From Octopus sinensis (taxonomy: Eukaryota): a DNA stretch of 64,000 bases. Under the pieces are notes generated by a model. It saw nothing but the letters and a program-made list of their open reading frames with translations, ran no database searches and had not been told where the DNA came from. Where the stretch lies: the NCBI RefSeq assembly GCF_006345805.1, contig NC_043003.1, positions 17,732,001-17,796,000 of the forward strand, written 5' to 3'. This document shows, in pieces, positions 38,426 to 50,020 of this stretch (position 1 is its first letter; each line of letters opens with the position of its first letter). A program made the translations under genes and the position numbers.

Positions 38426-39066
38426 AAACAAGATGAGGACAAATACTCGTCAAATGTAAATAATGTACATAATTCCTCATCTTTTAAATACAGAACTGTA
38501 CATTTCAGATGGTGTGTGTAAATTGTGGTTTTGATCGAATTTGATGTGGAAAATAAAAGACGAAGGGGAGGGTGGATAATTCACTTATCTCATTAAAACG
38601 TATGAAGAAATAAAGTCGAGGTGTGTGCATTATCCTAAACTTTTCTTCACTCTCCCGATAAAAGTTTCTACAACAAATTCCATATAACCCTAAATCTTCT
38701 TGAAACGTTCATTTAAAAGTATACGTTTTTCAGAAAGTTATATTTAAACAAAGTCGGAGAGGTGGTCTTTTAGGTTCTTAAAGTGAGGTGGCATTATATT
38801 TAAGACTGCACTGTAAATAAGGTACTTATTAAAATGTAAACACTTGTTGGTCTACAACTCATATAATGAATTCAAGATTGACAGCCAGACAGCAGTTATT
38901 GGAGTAATTATACGTTGTGGTTATGAATAAATAAATATTCATATATCTAAGCGAATCCTGACAAATTATTAGGTAACATCAAAACCGGTTAGTTAACGAT
39001 AAGGCCTTCATAGGAGTCCAGTTTCTCAACGAGACTACACTAATACAAATCAAACTTTATTTATTT

Positions 39067-39489
39067 ACTAGCAGTATTGCCCGGCGTTGCTCGGGTTTGT
39101 TTCGACCCTTTAGAATTGGAATTTTTGAAAAGTAAAAATTTCGAATTATGTAGCTTGTTATTCTCTTTAAGTGAACATTTTTCTGGTTGAAATACACCAA
39201 AAAATGGTGACACAGCAGTCAAAGAATCTTAAAAAATAGGGATTTTCATAGAAAAAAAACACCTTTTTGATGTAAATAATTTTTGGTATTAACATGGTCT
39301 GATTTGAATTTTTTCTTCTACGGAATGAAGAGCAAGCCTTCTTCTATCATACTCTCAATTTTGGTCAACTTGCGCCGCAGGGTCTTCGAGGAGATAGTGT
39401 TAGTTGAAGACTACCAAACCTGCCAGAGTGTTAGTTGAAGGCTACCAAACCTGCCATACACAGACAACTTCAGTTTTATATATATAGAT
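39067..39489 (+). mobile_element. Helentron-associated (HINE/DINE-1-like) non-autonomous element
   Basis: 5' actagc...cccggcgttgctcggg hairpin, 3' cagacaacttcagttttatatatatagat, internal ~29-bp tandem duplication. Family assignment is from recalled terminal patterns. Confidence 0.6.
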
Positions 39490-39709
39490 AACCCACACTT
39501 TATTAGTATTCTAGTTATTATATAGCATAAAAATAGATGTGTATGTAGGAGTTAGCACCATGATACAAACCATTATCATTTATGTGTATTTATAACTGTC
39601 AAATAAGAATTATATATCATGTAAAAATGCATGGTGAGTTGATTGTTGTTTTGTCCCCTGTTGACTGATGGATGGGACATGATTAAAAGCCGTTCAGCTG
39701 TGATCGTCC

Positions 39710-40120
39710 TGTCTTTTATTATTTCTTTTACTTGTTTCAGTCATTTGACTGTGGCCATGCTGGGGCAACATCTTGAAGAATTTTTGTCGAATAAATCGAC
39801 CTCAGTACTTATGTTTTTTTTTTAAAGTCTGGCACTTATTCTGCCGGTCCCTTTTGCCGAACCGCTAGGTTACGGGGAATTTAAACACATCAACACCAGT
39901 TGTCAAGTAGTGGTGGTGGACAAACATACACACGCACGCGTGCACACACACACACACACGTATACATGAGGAGCTTCTTTCAGTTTCCACCTACCAAATT
40001 CACTCTCAAAGTTCAGGTCGGCCTGAGGTTATAGTAGAAAACACCTGCCCCAGGTGCCACACAGTGGGGTTGAACCTGGAACAATGTGGTTGGGAAGTAA
40101 GCTTTTTACCACATAGCCTG
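39710..40120 (-). mobile_element. Family A SINE, diverged
   Basis: Tail and head both recognisable. Confidence 0.85.
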
Positions 40121-40584
40121 TAATTTTTTCCAGATGCTTCTAAATTTCTTTTTTCAATAAATAGTTTATTTTCTTAAAGTTGATATAGGCTAAGTTGAGG
40201 GATGTCTGGCTGTTATGTCTAGCAGACTGAGCGACCATGAGAGATTCTCAGCTGTTTAAACAATGTGGTTTGCGCAACAGTATTACCACACTTAGAATAG
40301 ATTCTTTGATTCTTTTACTGAATTCAGCCATTTGGATTATGACTAAGCTGTGGCACTTCCTTAAAGGGTTTTAATGGATTACATATGTATGTACGTATGA
40401 TTTTTCTCTGAGTTCTGAAGGGAGTTCAAGCCGGTCACCAACAAAGCGATAAGACGTTTTGAATTAAGAGATTTCTTGGTGTCTGTAAATATGTGGTTGA
40501 GTTGGTGTGTTGGTTGAGTTTATTGATGAAGAATCTCAAATAGAGAATGTTTGGAATGCCTTAAAAATCTTCACTGTGCCACTA

Positions 40585-41095
40585 GGCAGCGAGCTGGCAG
40601 AAACGTTAGCGCGCCGGGCGAAATGCTTGGCGGTATTTCATCTGCCGTTACGTTCTGAGTTCAAATTCCGCCGAGATCGACTTTGCCTTTCATCCTTTCG
40701 GGGTCGATTAAATAAGTACCAGTTACTGGGGTCGATATAATCGACTTAATGCGTTTGTCTGTCTTTGTTTGTCCTCTCTGTGTTTAGCCCCTTGTGGGTA
40801 GTAAAGAAATAGAAATAGGTATTTTGTATGTCTTTACATTCTGAGTTCAAATTCCACCGATGTCAACTTTGTCTTTCATCCTTTTGGGGTCGATAAATTA
40901 AGTACCAGTTATTCACTGGAGTCGATATAATTGACTTAATCCGTTTGTCTGTCCTTGTTTGTCCTCTCTGTGTTTAGCCCCTTGTGGGTAGTAAAGAAAT
41001 AGGCATTTCATCTGCCACTATGTTCTGAGTTCAAATTCCACCAAGGTCGACTTTGCCTTTCATGCTTTCGGGGTCAATTAAATAAGTACCAGTTA
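40585..41095 (+). mobile_element. Family B SINE trimer (one head, three bodies)
   Basis: Junctions aaatag|gtatttt (about 40818) and aaatag|gcatttc (about 41002). Confidence 0.9.
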
Positions 41096-41574
41096 TTTAT
41101 GGAAATGTATTAGGTTGTGGTTCTAGACTGGGAAAATCTGAGTACTCTGGTTCGAATCTCGTCCAGGTTCTTACTACACATTCAGTAGGCTTCCACACAG
41201 TTTCTATCTATCAAAAACTCACTCACAAAGTTTTTCTTGATCTGAAGATATGGTAGAAGATCAAAAGGGAAGGGAAATTGAACATGAAACTGTGTGAATG
41301 TGAGGTAGACTTATTTTTAATGGGTCCCATCTGTTGCCAACATTCAGATCAGGTTTCCAGTTTCAGGGTCACTCAATATCCTGACATGTTGCTTCCTGTG
41401 CAGCAGCCCATGACCTGTTGTTTCCTGTGCAGCAGCCCATGACCTGTCGATTTTCTCTCTCTCTCTCTACCTCTGTACTAGTCTCGAACTTTCTATAAAG
41501 TACTGCTCTTGCTTCTTTGATGAAACTATTAAAGAACACACACACATATATATATATATATACACTCCCTCTTT

Positions 41575-41980
41575 CTCCCTTTTACTTGTTTCAGTCATTT
41601 GACTGTGGCCATGCTGGAGCATCGCCTTTAGTCAAGTAAATCGACCCCAAGACTTATTCTTTGTAAGCCTAATGCTTATTCTATCAGTCTCTTTTGCCAA
41701 ACCGCTAAGTTATGGGAACATAAACACACCAGCATCGGTTGTCAAGCAATGTGGGGGGGACAAACACAGACACATGAACACATACACACACACATACATA
41801 CACATATATATATATATATATGACGAGCTTCTTTCAGTTTCCATCTACCAAATCTACTCACAAGGCTTTGGTCAGCCCAAGGCTATAGTAGAAGACACTT
41901 GACGACGGTGCCACGCAGTGGGACTCAACCTGAAACCATGTGGTTGGTAAGCAAGCTATTTAACACACAGCCACCCCTAT
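41575..41980 (-). mobile_element. Family A SINE
   Basis: Full structure with central CA/TA tract. Confidence 0.9.
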
Positions 41981-42497
41981 ATATATATTTATAAGTGATA
42001 AGGGTTAAGATGATTACTTTGCAATCTCAAGGACACAGGTTCAAATCCACTTCACAGGACATTGGCAAGTATCTCCTATCACAGCAGTCTTGTCAGCTGC
42101 TTGATAACCCCTCATTTGTGATGATGGCACAAATAAAGTAGTTGGCATTAGGAAGAGCATCCAGTTATAGAAACTATGCCAAAACAGACTCTGCTGTCAA
42201 ACCATCGACCCAATAACAGTATAGAAAGTGAACATTAAATGATGATAATGATGATATATCTACTTTTATTTGTTTGAGTCACTTGAATGCAGCCATGCTG
42301 GGGCACCACCTTGAATTTTAAGTCGAATGAATTGACCCCAGTTCCTTTTTTGTCAAGCTTGGTGTTTATTCTGTTGGAGCCTTTTGCCAATTCAGAAACA
42401 TCTTGAGGTGGAATCTCACATCTGTTAGATCCACACTAAAGATATTTGTAACTGTTGCAAGGGATAAGAAGAGCATAAGTTCTCAAAGTAGGCACTA

Positions 42498-42511
42498 CTG
42501 CCCTCTAGTGG
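42498..42511 (-). promoter_or_regulatory. CTCF-consensus motif (CCACTAGAGGGCAG)
   Basis: Exact fit to CCASYAGRKGGCRS and followed by TA; motif match only. Confidence 0.3.
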
Positions 42512-43139
42512 GTGTTGGGACGGTCCAGGTGGGTGCTGGTGTCACGGAGTGGGGGGTAGAGAAAAAGGAGGCGTTGGGAGGAAGGTAGTGAATTGGGGGA
42601 TGCCATGAATTATATCATTATACTATTGTATACAAATTATATTATATTATATTCTTTTCTACTCTAGGCACAAGGCCTGAAATTTTGGGGAAGGGGGCCA
42701 GTCGATTAGATCGACCCCAGTATGCAATTGGTACTTAATTTATCGACCCCAAAAGGATGAAAGGCAAAGTCAACCTCGCCGGCATTTGAACTCAGAAATG
42801 TAAAGACAGACGAATGGATAACACCGGCGGCATGGAGAGGGGAGGCTGGTATGCATGGACGACTGCTGGTCTTCCATAAACAACCTTGCCCGGACTTGTG
42901 CCTCGGAGGGTAACTTTGTAGGTGCAATCCCATGGTCAGTCATGACCGAAGGGGGTCTCAACATTTGACAGAGCAATCTGAATGTTAAAGGGCTGGTTTA
43001 CAAAATGATTTGTCCCACTACTGTCTTCCTTGAACGCTCCATTGTAGCATATACTGATGACACACACACTCTCTCTCTTTCTTTTTCTTGACAACATACA
43101 TTACACCAATGCATGATGTAATTCTTTCTTTTTTTCTTT

Positions 43140-43395
43140 CTTTCTTTTACTTGTTTCAGTCGTTTGACTGTGGCCATGCTGGAGCACCGCCTTTAGTTGA
43201 CAAACACAGACACAAGCAAACATATATATACATACGACGGGCTTCTTTCAGTTTCCGTCTACCAAATCCACTCACAAAGCTTTGGTCGGCCTGAGGCTAT
43301 AGTAGAAGACACTTACCCAAGGTGCCACACAGTGGGACTGAACCCGGAACCATGTGGTTGGTGAGCAAGCTACTTACCACACAGCTGCTCCTGCA
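43140..43395 (-). mobile_element. Family A SINE with large internal deletion
   Basis: cctttagtt|gacaaacacagac junction. Confidence 0.85.
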
Positions 43396-44546
43396 TGATT
43401 TCGTTTCTCTTGTCTCTCTCCAAATCTCTTTCATGTGTTCATTGTTGGCATTCCAACCCTCACATGTTTACGGATAGTACTGATAGCAATTTCTCCTTCA
43501 CTTACTGCACATAGACACTTTGCCAATGCATGAAAAGAAATCGTGAAAATATCCCACAATGGGGTCATGATTACATAGTCTTTTTGAATAGCACTAAGTC
43601 ACATTGATACACATCCAAAGTAAACAATCTTACACAGCAACCTACTTACACATAAACATGCAATTAAACCAATAGCAAATGGTGGTTACTGTCACAGCTT
43701 GTTTATGAGGGTCAGTTTAGCTTTGAGCTGTGCTTTCAGTGTTACTTCCATTACTGTCTACATTTATGGGGAATTTTCTAGAATATTGAGATGTATAGAT
43801 TTTATCTGAGCTTGTTCAAAATTCATGGTGTTCCCCAGCCAACAGTTTATACAAGGGAGATAATCATTTCTTCATAATATTTGGTGGGATTAGAAGCTTG
43901 AATTTGAAATTAAAGAATAATGAAAACGATGAATAGAATACATATAATTAATTTTTATTATTTGTTACTTACTCATTATAAGGTTTTTAAAATTTCTAGT
44001 CCGTAGTAATCATGTATAGCACCATTTCATTTTTTTTAGAAATCACCAGCATGACATAACCTAAGAAAATTAAAAACGGAAACAATTGTTGATAAGTGTT
44101 TCCGTATTTAATTTTGTTTAGTGTTGTGTTGTATTGTGTTACATTATTGTGAATGCATGGTGAAGTGGCAGAAAAGTGTTGTATGTGTATGGCTAATTGA
44201 ATCACAAAGTTTACAACTCTTATGCTTGCAATTTGATTTATAAATCATTGTTTATGAGTTTACATCCTTGTAGTTTGTTATTAATAAGACAGTTTTAAAT
44301 GTTAGTGCTTTTGCCATACATTATTAGAGTCAATTTATGGTTTGGTGTATTACATTTAATGTTTTCTGTTTCATCTATTCTATAAGGTTTATATTTAGTC
44401 TCAATTCTATAAAAATCTGGTATGTGCAACTGAGATAATATTGAATTATTATAATCATCTGTGTATCATATATAATGTATATACACTGTTGATAGGCCAG
44501 TTATTGCTGTAATTATCCTGAGATAACATCTCTTGTGGATTTGCAA

Positions 44547-44559
44547 TGTTAAAAACGCA

Positions 44560-44596
<37 letters not shown>

Positions 44597-44811
44597 TACC
44601 AGCTGTAACCAGCAAGAAAACCAGATGTATCATGGCCGTTTCAGTCTTCTTTTATGGAGCATACTCACTGCCAGCCACATGCTCAAACAAGAATTCATCA
44701 CATCTAATATGGGTAGCAATGAATTAAACATTCACCGATGTTGCAAATAGTTGTCTGATCACTGCTGGCATGAATTCTTATCTCCCTCTGATATTTATTG
44801 CGTTCTTAACA
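44547..44811. mobile_element. TIR element relic; (GA)n expanded inside the left TIR
   Basis: tgttaaaaacgcaatatcagagag..agaattcataccagc versus gctggcatgaattcttatctccctctgatatttattgcgttcttaaca. Confidence 0.6.
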
Positions 44812-44874
44812 CATCACATCCTTAACAGGTGTTACCTCAGGGTAAACACTGCAATAGCAGGCCTATGTAGAGTA

Positions 44875-45275
44875 TCATCATCATTATCATCGTTTAACGT
44901 CCGTTTTCTGTGCTAGCACGGGTTGGACGGTTCGACCTGGGTCTAGGAAGCCAGGAGGCTGCGCCAGGCCCAGTCTGATCTGGCAGAGTTTTTACAGCTG
45001 GATGCCCTTCCTAACGCCAACCACTCTGTGAGTGTAGTGGGTGCTTTTTACATGCCACCAGCACAGGTGCCAGTGGGTGCTTGGCAGCGGCCACGATCAG
45101 TTGGTGCTTTTTACGTGCCACCAGCACAGAAGCCAGTCAAGGTGGCACTGGCATTGGCTACGTTCGGATGGTGCTTTTTACGTGCCACCGGCACAGATAT
45201 CACTACTACAATTTCCATTTGATATTTATTTTGATGTTGATGTCCTTGACTCAATAGGTCTCCTCAAGCACAGCA
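44875..45275 (-). mobile_element. RTE-tail element
   Basis: Reverse complement of the 25780-26165 type. Confidence 0.85.
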
Positions 45276-45574
45276 TGTATATAGCTATTCTATAATTAAT
45301 ATGTATTTGGCTTATATAGTTGTTACAGTATCTGATGTATATTCTGTATTGTATTTGTAGCTTTACTTCTTAATTTGTTTGTATACCTGTTGTTGATTAA
45401 TGTTTCTTTTACCTGGTGAATTTCTTTGTTTTGTATATGGAAGTGAATCCTTATACTTTTCTAAGCAGAGATTTTATCGCCAGTATTTTACACCTGAGCA
45501 GATATTCACTTTCTCCATGTAAATATATGTATATAATTTACATATTATATGTATATGTATATAATTTATGTATA

Positions 45575-45728
45575 GGCATAGGAGTGGCTGTGTGGTAAGT
45601 AGCTTGCTTACCAACCACATGGTTCCTGGTTCAGTCCCACTGCGTGATAAGTGTCTTCTACTATAGCCTCGGGCCGACCAAAGCCTTGTGAGTGGATTTG
45701 GTAGACGGAAACTGAAAGAAGCCCATCG

Positions 45729-45761
<33 letters not shown>

Positions 45762-45978
45762 ATGTGTTTGTGTTTTTCCCCCCAACATCGTTTGACAACT
45801 GATGATGGTGTGTTTACGTCCCCTTAACTTAGCTGTTCGGCAAGAGAGACCGATAGAATAAGTATTAGGCTTACAAAGAATAAGTCCTGGGGTCGATTTG
45901 CTCGACTAAAGGCGGTGCTCCAGCATGGCCACAGTCACATGACTGAAACAAGTAAAAGAGTAAAGAGTAAAAGAGTAT
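45575..45978 (+). mobile_element. Family A SINE
   Basis: Full head-to-tail structure. Confidence 0.9.
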
Positions 45979-47544
45979 TTGATGTACCTGTTGTTTTTTT
46001 AAACTGATTGTTTGTGTCTAGAAAGTGTGTAAGGTATCATTGTATTACTAGGAGTTTATCCTGAGAGGATTGTCACTTTTCCCTTGTAGTCATCATCTCA
46101 TCTAGGTCGTCTCGTAGGATACCCTTCATAGAGGTTTCAGTTGCGTGTACTATAGGAGTCACAGGGCGCTGCCCCATGTGGTCCTGCAGTTTCTATCTAA
46201 CTAGGAGTATTAGGGTTTCATCCATTGTCTTATATTCAAGATCCTCTGTATGACATCCTACCAGTTCAAAGCCAGGAATCTTATCTGTTAGGTCCTGCCG
46301 ATAACTAAATCCATGCCCTGCTGCCAACACTTCGATTTATTGTCATTAAGGCTTTGTCTATCTCCTACCTTTTGATCTGTCTGGCCTGGTAAGACCTGTC
46401 TGAAGATTCGCTCTCTCCAGCGTACCTCTCCAGGTCAATGGAGCACACAGGCACTTCACTGCGACAAGGTACTTATTGAATTGGTCGTTCATCCATATAA
46501 GCATATGCATATAATTTGTCATTGATATAAATGGAGTTGGTGTACACTTGTTTTTCTTTAAACTGATCCTTTATGTCTAGAAAGTGTGCATGGGGTCTCA
46601 TTGTATTGTTAGGAGTTTTATTGTTTCTGACATTGAATCATAAAAGAAAGTTGTTTTGTAGGAGGTCTTCCTTTCATTTTTCAATGTCTTCAATTATATC
46701 CATTATAAAGCATATATCAACCACTTACCTGGTGTATATCACATGTTTAAGTCTTATTATCACCTTGTTCTCTATTGTGACTGATAATAATCCATGAGGC
46801 GCACACACAACAGCAAGAATCTGAACAATAACTTTTCTTCCTATCATTCACCTTTTCTTCACATCCCTTCTCTTTTATTTGTTTCATTACTCTACAGGTG
46901 TAACAAAGGAAGGCTCCCTATACACCATATCATCAACCTTTCTTTACTGCCAGTCATCACCTCCTCTTCCCCAAACCACTTTCTATTGCTATCAGCTTTC
47001 CTCATTCACTATCCATCACTGTCTATTCCCTTTCCCTGCAATCACTCTGTTTCTGCTGCCATACTCTTGTAGTCTTTGCCTCTTCTACTCATCTTAGATC
47101 TGTTATCTTGAGTGAATAAACACATCATCTTGTTGTGAGGACCCTCTAATTCTACAGGCAAGGCAACCTCACTAGTGCTTGTGCTACGAAAAAAATATCT
47201 GCCAGTCTACTCTGTAAAGTGGTTGGTTATCAGTAACATAGATTGAGGGGATTACTACAGTCTTGTTTATGAAATGGCATTTCTCTCTAAAGCTGATACC
47301 TGAATAAATTGTACTTAGTAAACACCAAGAGGATATTTCATTCTTGTTGAAGACATGACAATCTCCAGTGTTGTTGACATGATAACATACACTCAGTATA
47401 TACTGTAAAGTAAGTATATACTATAAAGTAGCTTATGTTGGAAATGGCATCCACCTGCAAAAACGAAGCCAAACCAAAATTAAACAAACTTTTGAGTGAG
47501 GTGTAATCCTCTGACTCATCTATGAGAGAAGTATCAACATGTAT

Positions 47545-47985
47545 AGGTGCAGGAGTAACTGTGTGGTAAGAAGCTTGCTTCCCAACAGCATGGTTCCGGG
47601 TACAGTCCCTCTCTGTGGCACCTTGGGCAAGTGTCTTCTACTATGGTCTCGGGCAGACCAAAGCCTTGTGAGTGGATCTGGTTGAAGGAAACTCAAAAAA
47701 GCCCATCGTGTATGTGTGTGTGTGTGCGTGTGTGTGTGCGCGTGTGTGCGTGCATGTGTGTTTGTGTGTGTATTTGTGTGTGTGTTTGTCCCCCCACCGT
47801 CGCTTGAGCACTGATGTTGGTGTGTTTATGTCCCCATAACTTAGCAGTTCAGCAAAACAGACCGATAGAATAAGTACTAAGCTTACAAAAAATAAGTCCT
47901 GTAGTCGATTTGTTCGACTAAAAGCAGTGATCCAGCATGGCTGTAGTCAAATGACTGAAACAGAATTAAAGAAACAGAATAAAAG
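47545..47985 (+). mobile_element. Family A SINE, diverged
   Basis: ggtgcaggagtaactgtgtggtaag head. Confidence 0.85.
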
Positions 47986-48667
47986 AAAAATGTCCAAACC
48001 ATGCCTGCATGGAAAGTGGATACAAAAGGATAATGATGATACATGAATTGAGGAACATGTGGCTACTATTTCTATTCATGGCAACCTCACTGAGGCTCTC
48101 TTGCAAAACAATAACAACGACAACATAAACATAACAACATATTATGCTATTAATGTAAGTATGTGTGTGTACATGTGTATGTATCTGTGTATGTATACAA
48201 ATGAACGTGTGTGAGTGAGTGAGTGAGTGGTTGAAGAAATGCTGACACTAAACCGGTTTTACTCCCCAGTTTTATTTGGTATATCTGCTGTAGAAAGGGA
48301 AGGAAATACAGACAGAATCATGTATTCTATTTATATATGCATAAATATATATATATAGGGCACAGACATAGCTGTCTGGTGACGAAGCTCAGTTATGTGG
48401 TTTTGTGTTCCATCCTACTGCATGGTACCTTAAGCAATTGTTTTCTGTGCATGACATTACGTAGTTGACAGAAATTGCATGGGAGCTTGTTGTGTGTGTC
48501 CCTATACGTATATCTATTAACAGTTATATTTACCTCCACCAAAAAAGGAGGTTATGTTTTCATCCAACTCATTAGGGGTTGATGCTAGATGGGTTGAAAT
48601 AATTGTAATGATTAATAAACATTCTCGTATCTTCTATCTTCTGTCTTTCTCATTAATCAAATATATA

Positions 48668-49535
48668 TTGCCTAAACCAACTCACAAAAGTATGGGGGAA
48701 AAAAACATTAAAAAATCAAGTGCAAAGGTTATTTGAGAACGTACGTTTCTAGATTAGTCAATTCGACATTTCTTTCGTCAGCTCAGAATTCCTTGAATCG
48801 GATTTGGGAACACTGAAAGTCGGGAGCATACCCTTTCGGCTTCTAATCACCTCTAGAATTCTGCTCGAACTAATAGTGCTATCAAATTCGAATATGCAAG
48901 CGAAGAATTTCTGCTCTCCCCTTTCCACCAGCGTGGGTTAAAATTGACAAACACCATGTATTAACGGTGAAAACCGCAGTATTTAACAGAGAGAGATGAA
49001 TTATAATTTCAACAATTGAGGGTAAAATTAATTAATTATTAATCAATTTCACCAAGTATTCAGTATGTAAAGGGACCATTTTAGGCGAATTCAAAATATT
49101 ACATTATATATAAGGGCTTAGTAAAATAAATTACTTTGCCACATACTGAACTCATTAGAAATAGCAGCTAAAGAAATTTCTTCAGCTATTTCTAATACTT
49201 AAAGAAGATCTCTCTCAGATAGTGTTTGCCTAAACCAACTCACAAAAGTATGGGGGAAAAAAACATTAAAAAATCAAGTGCAAAGGTTATTTGAGAACGT
49301 ACGTTTCTAGATTAGTCAATTCGACATTTCTTTCGTCAGCTCAGGTGCGTGTGTGTGTGCGTATACGGGCCTGATGTGCTTGTATGTGTGTGTATACCTG
49401 ATGTGCTGTATGTGTGATGTGCTTGTATGTGTGTGTGTGTCTTCTTTAAGTATTAGAAATAGCTGAAGAAATTTCTTTAGCTGCTATTTCTAATGAGTTC
49501 AGTATGTGGCAAAGTAATTTATTTTACTAAGCCCT

Positions 49536-49545
<10 letters not shown>
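48668..49545. repeat. Interleaved perfect 119-bp direct repeat and perfect 106-bp inverted repeat
   Basis: 48668-48786 equals 49226-49344; 49103-49208 is the reverse complement of 49440-49545. Confidence 0.9.
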
Positions 49546-49598
<53 letters not shown>

Positions 49599-49599
49599 T

Positions 49600-49908
49600 A
49601 TGTGGAGGCACAATGGCCCAGTGGTTAGGGCAGAGGACTCACAGTCGGAGGATTGTGGTTTTGATTCCCAGACCGAGCGTTGTGTGTGTTTATTGATCGT
49701 AAACACCTAAAAGCTCCATGAGGCTCTGGCAGGGAGTGGTGGCGACCCCTGTTGTACTCTTTTGCCACAACTTTTCCTTGCTCTCTCTTCCTGTTTCTTG
49801 AGTAACGCTGCGATGGACTGGCGTCCCGTCCAGCTGGGGGGAATACATACGCCACAGAAACCGGGAAACCGAGCCCACAAGCCTAGCTAGGCTTCAAAAG
49901 GGCGACGT
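49600..49908 (+). mobile_element. Family C SINE
   Basis: gtggaggcacaatggcccagtgg head to ggcttcaaaagggcg tail. Confidence 0.9.
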
Positions 49909-50020
49909 TTATCGTTTTTATCCTCTATGCTATGCCCATAGGCAGTGACAGTAAATTTTAAAGCTTTATAAACCTAATGTCATCATTGATGTCTTATGTC
50001 AGTTCCATACCAATTGGATA

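Larger units (their letters stand above)
37565..38511. mobile_element. Head-to-head dimer of a tRNA-head/hammerhead-tail SINE-like unit, flanked by a 13-bp direct repeat
   Basis: Minus arm 37578-37805 (A-box TGGCGTAGTGG, B-box GTTCGATTC), plus arm about 38007-38498, TACATTTCAGATG at 37565-37577 and 38499-38511. Confidence 0.8.
31000..39500. promoter_or_regulatory. CpG-retaining (probably unmethylated) domain, candidate promoter region
   Basis: CG dinucleotides are visibly frequent in both unique DNA and diverged SINE copies here. Outside it, the same SINE positions often read TG/CA. Judged by eye, not computed. Confidence 0.6.

Noticed and set aside
40394-40482. Minus-strand frame TKKSLNSKRLIALLVTGLNSLQNSEKNH
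   Set aside because: Poor pyrimidine tract and no convincing donor.
45390-45520. Frame QRFYRQYFTPEQIFTFS on the plus strand
   Set aside because: The opposite strand reads like decayed Penelope RT/endonuclease (NLCLEKY; HQVKETLINNRY); the donor is weak.
46730-46821. Minus-strand exon candidate with CAG|GTAAGT donor
   Set aside because: The frame (VIVQILAVVCAP) resembles a decayed LINE endonuclease and adjoins LINE-like DNA; its phase does not fit the 50.7-kb candidate.
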